From: an uncultured Bacteroidales bacterium
Lineage (GTDB): Bacteria > Bacteroidota > Bacteroidia > Bacteroidales > UBA12077
DNA: 64,000 nucleotides
Assembly: GCA_964585385.1 (NCBI GenBank)
Contig: CAZPDP010000001.1
Coordinates: 123,839-187,838, forward strand
Direction of reading: 5' to 3'
Shown: piece by piece, positions 63,937-64,000 of the stretch
Layout: each line of letters opens with the position of its first letter
Position numbering within the stretch: position 1 is the first letter of the stretch
Program-made: the position numbers and the translations under genes
The notes under the pieces: model-generated
Seen by the model: the letters and a program-made list of their open reading frames with translations, nothing else
What the model was told of the DNA's origin: nothing
Databases searched by the model: none

Positions 63937-64000
63937 ATCTGCCTGTTTTAAATAACTTTAAGGAAGGCATTTGCCATTTTTAAACCTTCTTCCTGTGTTT

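Noticed and set aside
1-64000. tRNA/rRNA genes, CRISPR arrays, IS elements, integrases, prophage or known defence systems
   Set aside because: I saw no GTTCGAATC-type T-arm motifs in intergenic DNA and no regularly spaced direct repeats other than the heptamer array. No transposase, integrase, restriction, Cas or abortive-infection-like ORFs appeared among the translated ORFs.
63948-64000. Tail of a further minus-strand gene (...TQEEGLKMANAFLKVI*) just upstream of HMG-CoA reductase
   Set aside because: Only 17 codons are visible at the window edge, too short to support a feature call. It is mentioned only as a hint that the operon continues.

Overview
AT-rich (about one-third G+C by eye), densely packed chromosomal segment that looks like Bacteroidota. 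Supporting markers are gldF-gldG gliding ABC genes, a ~288-aa sigma-A, an RRM RNA-binding protein, TPR/OmpA envelope proteins and a class II mevalonate operon. I call about 60 protein-coding genes, mostly housekeeping: lpxB, dnaN, rpoD, guaA, rnz, rpsA, clpB, gcvT, serC-serA, recQ, arfB and an HMG-CoA reductase/mevalonate cluster. There are also about a dozen hairpin plus T-tract terminators. I saw no rRNA, tRNA, CRISPR array, transposase, integrase or phage genes, so this is not an obvious mobile or defence island. The best candidates for something undescribed are as follows. (1) Scattered partner-switch parts: three SiaC/DUF1987-like proteins, one SiaB-like mini-kinase and two lone STAS proteins. 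They sit around a PAS-rich hybrid histidine kinase and a REC-histidine kinase, with no PP2C phosphatase, diguanylate cyclase or DNA-binding output in the window. One operon of this set is headed by a 156-aa protein I cannot place. (2) A membrane-anchored 238-aa protein whose soluble part carries an H-Y-E-like motif series reminiscent of ADP-ribosyltransferase folds. (3) A free-standing archaeal-type ThrRS editing-domain (DTD2-like) gene, start/stop-coupled to an MFS transporter remnant. It lies beside an orphan CheR methyltransferase and a 9x heptamer repeat. (4) A TetR / LolA-like / FtsX-FtsX-ABC / beta-barrel envelope cluster. All functional calls come from motif recognition by eye; no database search or folding program was run, so family names are hypotheses to confirm.
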